Part shown: piece by piece, positions 48,305 to 57,313 of the stretch | Layout of the letters: each line of letters begins with the position of its first letter | Numbering within the stretch: the stretch's first letter is position 1 | From: Desulfatiglandales bacterium | GTDB taxonomy: Bacteria > Desulfobacterota > DSM-4660 > Desulfatiglandales > Desulfatiglandaceae | Length of the DNA stretch: 64,000 nt | Assembly (NCBI GenBank): GCA_963662465.1 | Contig: OY759599.1 | Coordinates: 3,136,001-3,200,000 of the forward strand | Reading direction: 5' to 3' | Program-made: the position numbers and the translations under genes | Notes under the pieces: model-generated | What the model was told of the DNA's origin: nothing | The model's database searches: none | Seen by the model: the letters and a program-made list of their open reading frames with translations, nothing else

Positions 48305-49918
48305 ATGGAAAGCAAAAATATCAGCATGCTGATCGTCGAAGACGACAAAATCGACCAAATGGCCTTTGAAAGGTTCGTTCAAAAAGAACAACTGCCCTAT
48401 GATTACATGGTGGCGGGTTCCATCGCCGCAGCCGAAGACCTTCTCAAATCCCATACCTTTGACATTGTGATCACCGACTATATGCTGGGAGACGGCACCG
48501 GGCTGGAAATTTTCGAAAAAATCCGGAATACCCCCATTATCGTGGTCACGGGGACGGGAAATGAGGAAGTGGCCGTAACGGCCATGAAACAAGGCGCCTA
48601 TGATTACCTGATCAAGGACCCTAACGGTTGCTATCTCACCACCCTGCCGGTCACAGTGGAAAAGGCGCTGAAGCATAAACAGGCCGAGGATGAACTGTCC
48701 CACTACCGGAAAGACCTGGAAAGCCTAGTAAAAAAGCGCACAGAGGAACTTGAAAGGGAAATCGAGGAACGAAAAAAAGCGGAAATCAGACTTCGGCAGG
48801 CCCAGAAAATGGAAGCCATCGGGACCCTTGCCGGGGGCATCGCCCACGACTTCAACAACATTCTTTCCCCCATTGTCGGGTTCACGGAACTGGCCCAGAT
48901 GAATCTTCCCATGGACCATGAGGTGCAGACCGACCTGGCCGAGATATTAAAGGCCGGCCATCGGGCCAGGGATCTGGTTCAACAGATCCTCACCTTCAGC
49001 CGCAAAACAGATTCGGAAATGAAACCCGTCCAGGTGAAACTGATCGTGGGGGAAGCGCTGAAACTGCTTCGAGCATCCATTCCATCCACCATTGAGATTC
49101 AGCAGGAAATTGAAAGCACGTCCCTGATCATGGGCGACCCCACCCAGATTCACCAGGTGCTCATGAATCTTGTCACCAATGCGGCCCACGCCATGGGGGA
49201 AACGGGCGGCCTCCTTTGGGTGGGTTTGAAAGATATGGAAATTGATGATGCTTTCGCCGCCGGGCACCCGGATTTAAAACCGGGGGCACACCTGAAACTG
49301 TCGGTGAGCGATACGGGTTGCGGTATGCCACTCGATGTTCAGCATCGGATATTCGATCCTTTTTTTACCACAAAACGAGAGGGGGAAGGCACCGGCATGG
49401 GACTGGCGGTGGTACACGGCATTGTAACCAGCCACAACGGAGCCATCACGGCCTACAGTGAACCGGGGAAAGGGTCCACCTTCCATCTCTTCCTCCCCAC
49501 CATCAAGCGGACCGAACAAGCCGTGGAAAACCTTCAGAAACCAATCCCCGGAGGCAAAGAACGGATTCTTTTCGTGGACGATGAATCCTCCATTGTCCAA
49601 ATGGGAAAACTGATGCTGGAATCCCTGGGTTACACGGTTTCAACCTGTTCAAACAGCCTGGACGCCCTTGGGCGCATCAGAGACGCCCCCGCCACCATTG
49701 ACCTGGTGATTACGGATATGACCATGCCCCACATGTCCGGAGACATGCTAGCCCGGGAAATCCTGAAAATCAGGCCCGATATGCCCATCATTCTCTGCAC
49801 CGGATTCAGTGCCAGGATCGATGAAAAAAAAGCCATTGAAATGGGCATTCGCGCCTTTGTCTCCAAACCCATACTGAGAGCGGATCTGGCCAGGACCGTT
49901 CGAAGCGTCCTGGATTAA
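48305..49918 (+). CDS. Hybrid kinase REC-HisKA-HATPase-REC
   Basis: N-terminal REC, AHDFNN, PFFTTK, GTGMGL and a C-terminal REC (TDMTMP). Confidence 0.94.
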   Translation: MESKNISMLIVEDDKIDQMAFERFVQKEQLPYDYMVAGSIAAAEDLLKSHTFDIVITDYMLGDGTGLEIFEKIRNTPIIVVTGTGNEEVAVTAMKQGAYDYLIKDPNGCYLTTLPVTVEKALKHKQAEDELSHYRKDLESLVKKRTEELEREIEERKKAEIRLRQAQKMEAIGTLAGGIAHDFNNILSPIVGFTELAQMNLPMDHEVQTDLAEILKAGHRARDLVQQILTFSRKTDSEMKPVQVKLIVGEALKLLRASIPSTIEIQQEIESTSLIMGDPTQIHQVLMNLVTNAAHAMGETGGLLWVGLKDMEIDDAFAAGHPDLKPGAHLKLSVSDTGCGMPLDVQHRIFDPFFTTKREGEGTGMGLAVVHGIVTSHNGAITAYSEPGKGSTFHLFLPTIKRTEQAVENLQKPIPGGKERILFVDDESSIVQMGKLMLESLGYTVSTCSNSLDALGRIRDAPATIDLVITDMTMPHMSGDMLAREILKIRPDMPIILCTGFSARIDEKKAIEMGIRAFVSKPILRADLARTVRSVLD

Positions 49919-49931
49919 TTAAAAGGGTAAA

Positions 49932-51365
49932 ATGTTAACCAACTCATCCAAGAACCTCTGTTTATTCCACATCCTGGACGGATTGCGCCAGGGACTCAGC
50001 AGCTTCTCCGGCCCCAGTCGGGTCGCCGTGATTTTTGCGGAAAAACCCGATGATCCCATTTCCGTTTACGACCCACAGGATCTTCTAAGGGGGCATGAGC
50101 CCATGTTCAAGGAAATCTACCTGGATACGGGAAAATGGCATGAAAATTCAGAAATAACGCGAGACATCAAACATTTAGGTCAGATTTTTCCGGAAAATAA
50201 CCTGGAAATGTCGGGGCTTATTTCCCGAGGGGCCAGAACACGATCCATATTTTACCAGATGTGGTTCACCGAGCATCATCCGGACATCTGCGCCATCGGC
50301 CCCACGGAAAGGTGGCTTGAACATGCGGCATTCCTGCTTTCCCTCGATTTCACCATTGAAGGCCCCTATTACTCGGCCACCTCCGGTTACCTGCTGCGGG
50401 AATACGCCACCCATGCCGTACGCGATTACATTCTGGATAAAATCTGCGACATGTTCGGATGGGACATCAAAATCTTTGTGCTGCCTATCCTGGATGCGAT
50501 TCTGGGTATCTCAAAAACCCGGGAAGAGGGGGCCTGGCCCAGAGGCAAACTGGTATTTATTTCCCCTGAGGATTTTTCCCAGGTGGATTTTCTGGTGCGG
50601 TTTCCCCCCAGTGAGCAACCGAAGCTTAAAAAGCATAAACATGTGCGAAAACTGCTTCAGGCCGTGGAACATTCCGACCGCAAACTGGTTTCCTTTGGGA
50701 ATCATGTGGTGGGCATCGCAGCAGGTGAAATGCCGAAACGCAGATCCACGGCATATTTTCAAGGGGATTTCGGATTTCTGAGGCTGTCGGGCGAGCCCAT
50801 TTGCAGCTTTTCAGATGGCAAGGTCTATTCTTCCACCCAGAGACCCAACCTGGTGAACCTGGAAGAGGCCCTTCTGGAATTTCCCATGGATACTGCCATC
50901 CGGCACGCCCTGTTCAGGATCGTCACCACCATCGTTTATGACGCGAGCAAGGAAAAACACGGCTGCACCCTGGTGATCGATCTCACCCCCGAAAAGGTAC
51001 CCCTTTCAGGACAGCAACTGGAACGCCCCATGGATCTTCAAAAAAAGTCCCTGTTGGACCTGGCAAAATCCCTGGCAAAACTGGACGGCGCCCTTCACCT
51101 GAGAGGGGATCTTCATCTCCATGGCTTTGCCTGTCTCTTGCATGGCGACACCGTACCTGGAGAAGACCGCGCCCGAGGCGCCCGTTTCAATTCAGCCCTT
51201 CGTTTCAGCACCGAGTACCGACAGGTCATTGTGGTGGTGGTTTCCTCAGACAAGCCGGTTTCAGTGATTCAGGAGGGAGTGGAACTGACGGCCCAATGCG
51301 AATGGGCGCCTTTTTCCAAAATGCTTAAACCCCCGCCGTCCCTGGCGGAATGGATCGGAACATAA
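49932..51365 (+). CDS. DAC (DisA_N) domain protein, putative diadenylate cyclase with N-terminal extensions
   Basis: HGCTLVI, LDGALH, RGARFNSA and VVVSSD at the C-terminus. Confidence 0.8.
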   Translation: MLTNSSKNLCLFHILDGLRQGLSSFSGPSRVAVIFAEKPDDPISVYDPQDLLRGHEPMFKEIYLDTGKWHENSEITRDIKHLGQIFPENNLEMSGLISRGARTRSIFYQMWFTEHHPDICAIGPTERWLEHAAFLLSLDFTIEGPYYSATSGYLLREYATHAVRDYILDKICDMFGWDIKIFVLPILDAILGISKTREEGAWPRGKLVFISPEDFSQVDFLVRFPPSEQPKLKKHKHVRKLLQAVEHSDRKLVSFGNHVVGIAAGEMPKRRSTAYFQGDFGFLRLSGEPICSFSDGKVYSSTQRPNLVNLEEALLEFPMDTAIRHALFRIVTTIVYDASKEKHGCTLVIDLTPEKVPLSGQQLERPMDLQKKSLLDLAKSLAKLDGALHLRGDLHLHGFACLLHGDTVPGEDRARGARFNSALRFSTEYRQVIVVVVSSDKPVSVIQEGVELTAQCEWAPFSKMLKPPPSLAEWIGT

Positions 51366-51379
51366 AGCGGCAAGCCGCA

Positions 51380-51408
51380 GTTTTAAGTTTTAGGTTTTAA
51401 GTTTTAAG
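51380..51408. repeat. 7-bp tandem repeat (GTTTTAR)x4
   Basis: gttttaa gttttag gttttaa gttttaa. Confidence 0.85.
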
Positions 51409-51426
51409 CATTTAATCTGTAAAACA

Positions 51427-51864
51427 CTAAAAAAGTCCGAAAGAACGCAAAGCGTCGCCCACTTCGGGGAACCGCGCTCCCAGCTTTTTCATTGCCGAGA
51501 GCATGGCATCAATCTTGTGCCGGTCTTCTTTCAATTCCCAACCCATCTCACTTCTTGCCCGTTTCATAAAGGTGCGACGATCCCAGAACACGAGAGCGCC
51601 GATAAATCCCATAACCCCCATAAACCCGCCCAGCATGGTAATCCAGAGATTATCGATACACTCATTCACCTTATCGATACGCTCGTTCACTTTATCAATA
51701 CGTTCGTTCACCTTTTCGATGGCATCAAGAATCAACTGGTCAGCGGATGTCAACACGATGTTTTTTACCGCTCCCGCCGGAATCGAGCCACACAAAACAT
51801 CACCCGCGCAAAACAGACACAATACCGCCAGTATGAAGGAAACCGGATATTTATGCCATGACAT
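51427..51864 (-). CDS. Membrane/exported coiled-coil protein with 21-bp tandem repeats
   Basis: Signal-like N-terminus, IEKVNER-IDKVNER-IDKVNEC repeats, TM helix, WDRRT. Confidence 0.75.
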   Translation of the reverse strand: MSWHKYPVSFILAVLCLFCAGDVLCGSIPAGAVKNIVLTSADQLILDAIEKVNERIDKVNERIDKVNECIDNLWITMLGGFMGVMGFIGALVFWDRRTFMKRARSEMGWELKEDRHKIDAMLSAMKKLGARFPEVGDALRSFGLF

Positions 51865-52116
51865 TTCAACACCCCCTCTCCTTCCTTCATCTTTTTGCAG
51901 TTTACAATATTCAACACCCTGAACCAATAATTGTTTTTATCAGATCTGGATTCAACGGCACACAAAACCAACGATCATAGAATTATAATCCACTCTGTTT
52001 TCAACCGTTTCTCACATTTATTCCTTTACATGGAAGTTTCATTCCCATATATTTTTTTACTTAAAAACAAACTTTCCGTTCTTTCTTGTTTTCACAACCC
52101 TACATTCGGGAAAAAA

Positions 52117-52632
52117 ATGAATACCAGAAACCATCTGTTCGTGGTGCTGAAAAGTCTTATGAATGTCAGACTAAAACCGGGGACGGGGAACATCATCCCA
52201 TCAAAGGTAACGCCGTTTGCCTTCCTGACTCTGATTTTTGCTATAATCCTCCTGCTATGGGGCCTTTTTTGTTCTCCGGCCACAGCGGTGAATCCGGAAA
52301 GCATCGCCGATGAGGAAACGGCGCCGGATATGGAAAATTTCGACAGGGCAGGCGAAAACGCCTGGCTGGTGGGTATGTTCAGCCGTTTCCTGGGCCTGAA
52401 CGGCTTCAGCGCCTTTGCCAACTATGCCGAAGGAACAACCCCCGATTCCGGGGTTCAGGCCTCACCCGACCAGCGGGAACTGGATTTCACAGCGGACTAT
52501 CGCGTATCCAAAAGGTTTCTGGAAAGCCTCTGGTTCCGCTTCAGGACGGCCTTTGTTCGAAAGGATGGCCCGCACAGCCTTGACGTGGATGAATACCAGT
52601 TGATCATGAATTTTGACATTCCGGTGTTGTAA
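52117..52632 (+). pseudogene. Internally deleted OprD-family porin remnant
   Basis: Signal peptide fused almost directly to C-terminal strands FDRAGENAW...SPDQRELDFTADYR...LWFRFR...NFDIPVL. Confidence 0.6.
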
Positions 52633-52764
52633 AACAGAGCGGCAATCCATCAAACAAGATCCCCTGAAGCGGAGGACGATACCATGGGAGACATGAGAAT
52701 CCCCTTGCTCTTTCGTCGGAAAAGGTGGAAATAATGTGCCACTGGAAATTTTTGGAGAAATCAA

Positions 52765-52953
52765 ATGCTAACGGAAGAATTGCTGTCGGAACTGTTTGAA
52801 ACGGAAGTGGATCGGCTGGGCCGTGCATCAGGCCTGTCCGAAGAAGAAAGAAAGCGGATCATTGGAGTTTATAGAGAGGCAATCCGGAACCCCTATATGG
52901 ATGAGCGTCTCATTTTTCCGGCACTCATTGGGAAGGAGACCCTCAACCCATGA
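52765..52953 (+). CDS. Small helical hypothetical protein coupled to the SMC-like gene
   Basis: GGAG RBS; ATGA overlap with the next gene. Confidence 0.6.
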   Translation: MLTEELLSELFETEVDRLGRASGLSEEERKRIIGVYREAIRNPYMDERLIFPALIGKETLNP

Positions 52954-54773
52954 ACATCGAACAGGTCCACCTGACCAACATCGGTTGCTATCCGGAAAGA
53001 ACGTTCGATCTTGAAAACCTGACCGTCATCCATGGCGAAAACAGAACCGGAAAATCTACATTCGTTTATGCACTGTTCTTCGGCCTTTTCGGGGGACATA
53101 TCAATGAACAGCTGAAAATATCCGACCTGGCCAGAATCGGTGAACCCTATGGCATCACCCGGCTCGTGCTGAAAAAATCCGGTGAAAAATACCAGTTGAA
53201 ACGAACCACGGGGGGAACGCCGGATTTGCTCAAATGGTCCGCCGGCAAAGAAGATTGGGCGCCGATTGACGGATATGATCCCGGTGATTTGCGCCGGCTC
53301 GTGCCCATATCTCCCGAGATGGCGTCACTGACATCTTTTTTTCGGGAAGGAGAACTCATCTATTTTCTGCGGGACATCCCCAAATATAATAACACGCTTC
53401 TTCAAAACCTGGTGCAAATGGGCAATATCTTTGTCACCCAGTCCAGATTCAAAAAAGCCCTGCAAATGGCAAAAGAGGAAAAAAGCCGCTACCAGAAACA
53501 GCTTCCGGAGAAACTCGTCGGAGAAAAAAACATCGAGGATGCCGTCAAGACCGCCGATGCTCTGGGAAAACAGTTGGAAGAGATGGATCAAGAACTCCAG
53601 ACCCTCACCCTGATCAGCAGCCCGGAAACATTGGCCGCCCTGGAAAAACGATCAGCGGAAGCAAAGGCCGCCCTCGATGAAACCCTTCGTGAAACGGAGC
53701 GGAATCCAACCCCTGACACACTCAGACGCGAAATCAAGGAACTGAAGGAAGCACTGAAAAATATGGCGGACCAGGCCGCAAGGAAAGACGAACTGCAGCG
53801 CCTAATGGGAAAAAACACCAAGACACTGGAAGATATCGAAGATGACCTTCGAATGTTGGGCAAACACGAGGGGGATTCCAAATGCACATTGTGCGGAAAT
53901 CCCATTTCCCAAAGCCGATTTGATGCGTTGATGGGCGTAAAACAAGAAAGAAAAAAATCCATTGAACTGGATGTTGAAAAAACGACATCCGAACTGGCCG
54001 AGATCAACCGGATGATGGATTCCCGGAAAACACTGGAAAGGTCTCTTCTGAGCAAGGAAAGGGAATTGGAGGATCGGGAAATTCTGGAAAAGAAACGCAT
54101 TCGGCAGCAAGCGGAATTTGCGGAAACCGAGAAGACCCTTGCCGCATACCGAAACCAAAACCCCGGCATTAATAAGGAATCTGAGAATTATACCCGAAAG
54201 GAAGCCCTGGAAAAAAGCAGACGCGACATCCAGAAAAAGTTAATCGATGCCAGGGTGGCAGCCGAAAAACTCAAAGAAGATTATCAGCGTTTTGAAAAAA
54301 ACCGCAAACTCCTTCAAAAGGCCCAACGAGATGTTCTGGTCTGTGATACGGCCTTTAAGTCCCTGGATAATGCCGTTAAATCCCTCAACAGCTCGCTGCT
54401 TCAGCGGGTGCGGAAAAACCTGCTCAGGTGGTCGGATCATTTTGATTTTCTGAGTGAATTTGACATTAATATGAAGGCCAGCCAACTGACGCCCATTATT
54501 CAGGCCAAAGGCTATCAGTACAAATTAAATCAAATGAGCAAGAGTGAGCGAATATTTTTGTATCTGATGCTCAAGCTGGCCATTGGGGATGCGCTGTCTC
54601 ATCTGGGGGTCTTTATCCTGGATGACCCGGCGGATGGTCTCGACCGTAAGAGAAAAGCCCTGCTATCACGCCTCTTGACGGAAATTTCAGCAAAACGCCA
54701 ATTGATTGTCACCACCAATGATCCGGATTTTGCGGAAATGTTTGATCAAGGACGCCGAATTGATTTGCAGTGA
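52950..54773 (+). CDS. SbcC/Rad50-like SMC ATPase
   Basis: Walker A GENRTGKS, long coiled coil, central CTLC zinc hook, MSKSE signature and Walker B FILDDP. Confidence 0.85.
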   Translation: MNIEQVHLTNIGCYPERTFDLENLTVIHGENRTGKSTFVYALFFGLFGGHINEQLKISDLARIGEPYGITRLVLKKSGEKYQLKRTTGGTPDLLKWSAGKEDWAPIDGYDPGDLRRLVPISPEMASLTSFFREGELIYFLRDIPKYNNTLLQNLVQMGNIFVTQSRFKKALQMAKEEKSRYQKQLPEKLVGEKNIEDAVKTADALGKQLEEMDQELQTLTLISSPETLAALEKRSAEAKAALDETLRETERNPTPDTLRREIKELKEALKNMADQAARKDELQRLMGKNTKTLEDIEDDLRMLGKHEGDSKCTLCGNPISQSRFDALMGVKQERKKSIELDVEKTTSELAEINRMMDSRKTLERSLLSKERELEDREILEKKRIRQQAEFAETEKTLAAYRNQNPGINKESENYTRKEALEKSRRDIQKKLIDARVAAEKLKEDYQRFEKNRKLLQKAQRDVLVCDTAFKSLDNAVKSLNSSLLQRVRKNLLRWSDHFDFLSEFDINMKASQLTPIIQAKGYQYKLNQMSKSERIFLYLMLKLAIGDALSHLGVFILDDPADGLDRKRKALLSRLLTEISAKRQLIVTTNDPDFAEMFDQGRRIDLQ

Positions 54774-54780
54774 GAATGCA

Positions 54781-54802
54781 GCCGTTAGCTGTTAGCCGTT
54801 AG
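54781..54802. repeat. Reverse-complement copy of the GCTAACR 7-bp repeat (x3)
   Basis: gccgtta gctgtta gccgtta g; supplies the glpC stop codon. Confidence 0.8.
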
Positions 54803-56000
54803 AGCCGTACAGGGAACAGGCAAGCAGGGTGATGGGATGGATGACGGTGTATGGGGTACTCATCTCGATCTGCCATTTACAGGTTTCACAATCCGTAACC
54901 ACCATATCCGGCTTTACAGCATCGATTTTTTCAAAGAGTTCCCGCCCCACATCCTGGGAAACCGCGTAGTGTTCGTCCTTGAACCCGTAAGTGCCGGCCA
55001 TGCCGCAACACTCGGAATGGAGAATCACGACCGCCAGCTTCGGAATCCGCCGGAGTAGATCGATGGTATACATGACGCCGCCCATGCGTTCCAGGTGACA
55101 CGGGGAGTGGTAGGCTACCTTCAGGTTGAGGGGCCGCATGGGAGGAACCGGGCCGTTCTCCAATGCTTCAACCAAAAACCGCGTAATATACCGGACCCGG
55201 TTTTCCAGACCCGAAGTGTCCATCCCGAGAAGGTTCGGGTATTCATGCTTGAGTGCCAGGGAACAGCTTGATGAGGCGGAGACGATTTTCCTGTCCGTGT
55301 TCCGAACCGCCTGGGATAAGCTGTGGATATTGAAGGCGGCATTTTTCCGGGCTTTCACCATATCACCGTTGGCAATTAGGGGCACACCGCAGCATTTTTC
55401 ACGAGTAATGGATACGCCGTACTTCATGGCGTTTAAAACCCGCACCACATCTTTTCCCAGGCCGTGGTCGTTATAGTTCACATAACACCCGTGGAAATAA
55501 ACCACTTCCCGCTCAAACCCTTTCTGATCCGCTGCCCGGGCCCGGAACCACCGGCGGAACGTCCCCCGCTCATATTTGGGAAAAATCCTTTGGGATGGGA
55601 TGCCCATCACCTGGTGCAGCAACCGTTTTACGGGCATGAGCGATGTGGCGACATTCACCATGGGGCCGGCCAAGGTGGCAACGCTTCCCATGAGATCGGT
55701 CCGACTAAGCAGGAAGTCCCGTGGAGACAATTTTTGCGGGTGATACCGCCACTTGGCGGTCTGGATGATATCCGCGATCTTCACATCCGAAGGACAGGCG
55801 ATTTCACAGCGTTTGCAGTTGTTGCAGTAGGAAAGGGATGCATCCAGGAGTTCCGGGTTCTTGATGCGCAGCCGCTCCGCGTCGGGACCCGACTGCTTGG
55901 GACCCGGATAGTGGGGGGTCGCACGGGCCACGGGGCAATAGGCGGTGCAGACGGTGCATTTGAGGCAGTGGTCAAAACTGATGTTTTCCAGATCAATCAT
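54792..56000 (-). CDS. glpC: Anaerobic glycerol-3-phosphate dehydrogenase subunit C
   Basis: CLKCTVC, YPGPKQSGPD, CNNCKRC and two CCG domains. Confidence 0.95.
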   Translation of the reverse strand: MIDLENISFDHCLKCTVCTAYCPVARATPHYPGPKQSGPDAERLRIKNPELLDASLSYCNNCKRCEIACPSDVKIADIIQTAKWRYHPQKLSPRDFLLSRTDLMGSVATLAGPMVNVATSLMPVKRLLHQVMGIPSQRIFPKYERGTFRRWFRARAADQKGFEREVVYFHGCYVNYNDHGLGKDVVRVLNAMKYGVSITREKCCGVPLIANGDMVKARKNAAFNIHSLSQAVRNTDRKIVSASSSCSLALKHEYPNLLGMDTSGLENRVRYITRFLVEALENGPVPPMRPLNLKVAYHSPCHLERMGGVMYTIDLLRRIPKLAVVILHSECCGMAGTYGFKDEHYAVSQDVGRELFEKIDAVKPDMVVTDCETCKWQIEMSTPYTVIHPITLLACSLYGSNG

Positions 56001-57313
56001 GGGATTCTGTTTTCATCCCGGCCTATTTCCAAATGGGCAATGATCCGTTTCGCCGCCATGTACCCAGTGCTGACGGCCACACCGCCCCCGCTGGCCTCGC
56101 TGACGGGATTGTAATGGGATAGCACGGCCCCCGCGCAAAAAAGGTTTTTGATTTCCCTGCCCAAGGCGTCCCGGGGGTTCAGCTTTTCATTGGTCTTCAC
56201 GCCAAACCCGAGAAAGGGGTGGCTCTTTGACTCAAAAAACGACTGTGCATGCCATGAGGACCGTCCCCGGGTATATTCCAGGGAAAGGCCGAAGACCGGT
56301 TCCCGCATTTCCCGTGCGTCGCTCACAAGACCGCCGGAAAAAAAACTGCCCGTGGCTAACACGAAAAAGGGCGCCTTCTGTTGCCTGTCCCCCTGGTTGC
56401 GCGTTTGGATACTTTGAAGAACACCGTCGATGACTTCACCTCCGGTCACCCTGTCGCCCGCGATAAACACGCCCCCCAAAGCCGCGAAACGAGATTTCAG
56501 GGCATTGTCCAGCCGCATCCCCAGGATCGATGGCGGCAAGGTGGGGACTTCATAGAGAAGCCCCTTAACCCGCGCTTGCAGCGCTTCATAGACAGCATTG
56601 TAGTTGCGAATGCCCATGACGGCCGGCAGGCCGATGATGTCCGCATTCCCGGAAATGGTGTTGATCCGGTGAGCAATTTCGTCCAGGTCTGTTAAGGCAT
56701 CAAAGCACCGCGCCAGATCCATACTTCGAAAATCGTAAGGGTTTTGGCCCTCCCGAGCGATACCAGCCATATCCACGGCCCCGGTAAGGATCTCGCAGTC
56801 CTGAAATATGGGGTTCTTTTTGAGATTGGCCTCGGCCAGCCCCGGATAAAAATCCCTGAACCCCTCGAAGGTCAAGATGGCAATACGGGGTTTTTGTCCG
56901 TATTTTTTTTTCAGCTTTGGGTTGAAAACACTTTGCTGGGAGAAAAAGGTAGGCTTCAGGGTCCCCAAAGTTGTAACATGCTGATGATTTTTCCGACCGT
57001 TCGAATAGAGGGAAAGCGATTCTTTTGCCACTTCCTCTCGAAAAAAGGAAAGCGCCTCTTCCACCCCTTCCCGCCCGCATTTTGCATAGGGGTGCCGAGG
57101 ATGGTCGTGAAGAAATGGCGCCATGGCCTCAAAAGGTGCGCCAACAACTTCCCCTGCCCCATCCCGCCCGAGGACGTCGATGGACCCGGACGAAAAGTGA
57201 AGGGCACTCATGCCCGCTGAAAAGAGACTGCAACGAAGGCCCGCCCCGGCGCACTTGATCCCGCAAACCAGTCCCGCGATACCGCCCCCGATAATGATAC
57301 AGTCACAGCTCAC
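55997..57313 (-). CDS. glpB: Anaerobic glycerol-3-phosphate dehydrogenase subunit B
   Basis: IIGGGIAG, SALHFSSGSID, PTLPPSILG and LATGSFFS; GTG start. Confidence 0.95.
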   Translation of the reverse strand: MSCDCIIIGGGIAGLVCGIKCAGAGLRCSLFSAGMSALHFSSGSIDVLGRDGAGEVVGAPFEAMAPFLHDHPRHPYAKCGREGVEEALSFFREEVAKESLSLYSNGRKNHQHVTTLGTLKPTFFSQQSVFNPKLKKKYGQKPRIAILTFEGFRDFYPGLAEANLKKNPIFQDCEILTGAVDMAGIAREGQNPYDFRSMDLARCFDALTDLDEIAHRINTISGNADIIGLPAVMGIRNYNAVYEALQARVKGLLYEVPTLPPSILGMRLDNALKSRFAALGGVFIAGDRVTGGEVIDGVLQSIQTRNQGDRQQKAPFFVLATGSFFSGGLVSDAREMREPVFGLSLEYTRGRSSWHAQSFFESKSHPFLGFGVKTNEKLNPRDALGREIKNLFCAGAVLSHYNPVSEASGGGVAVSTGYMAAKRIIAHLEIGRDENRIP

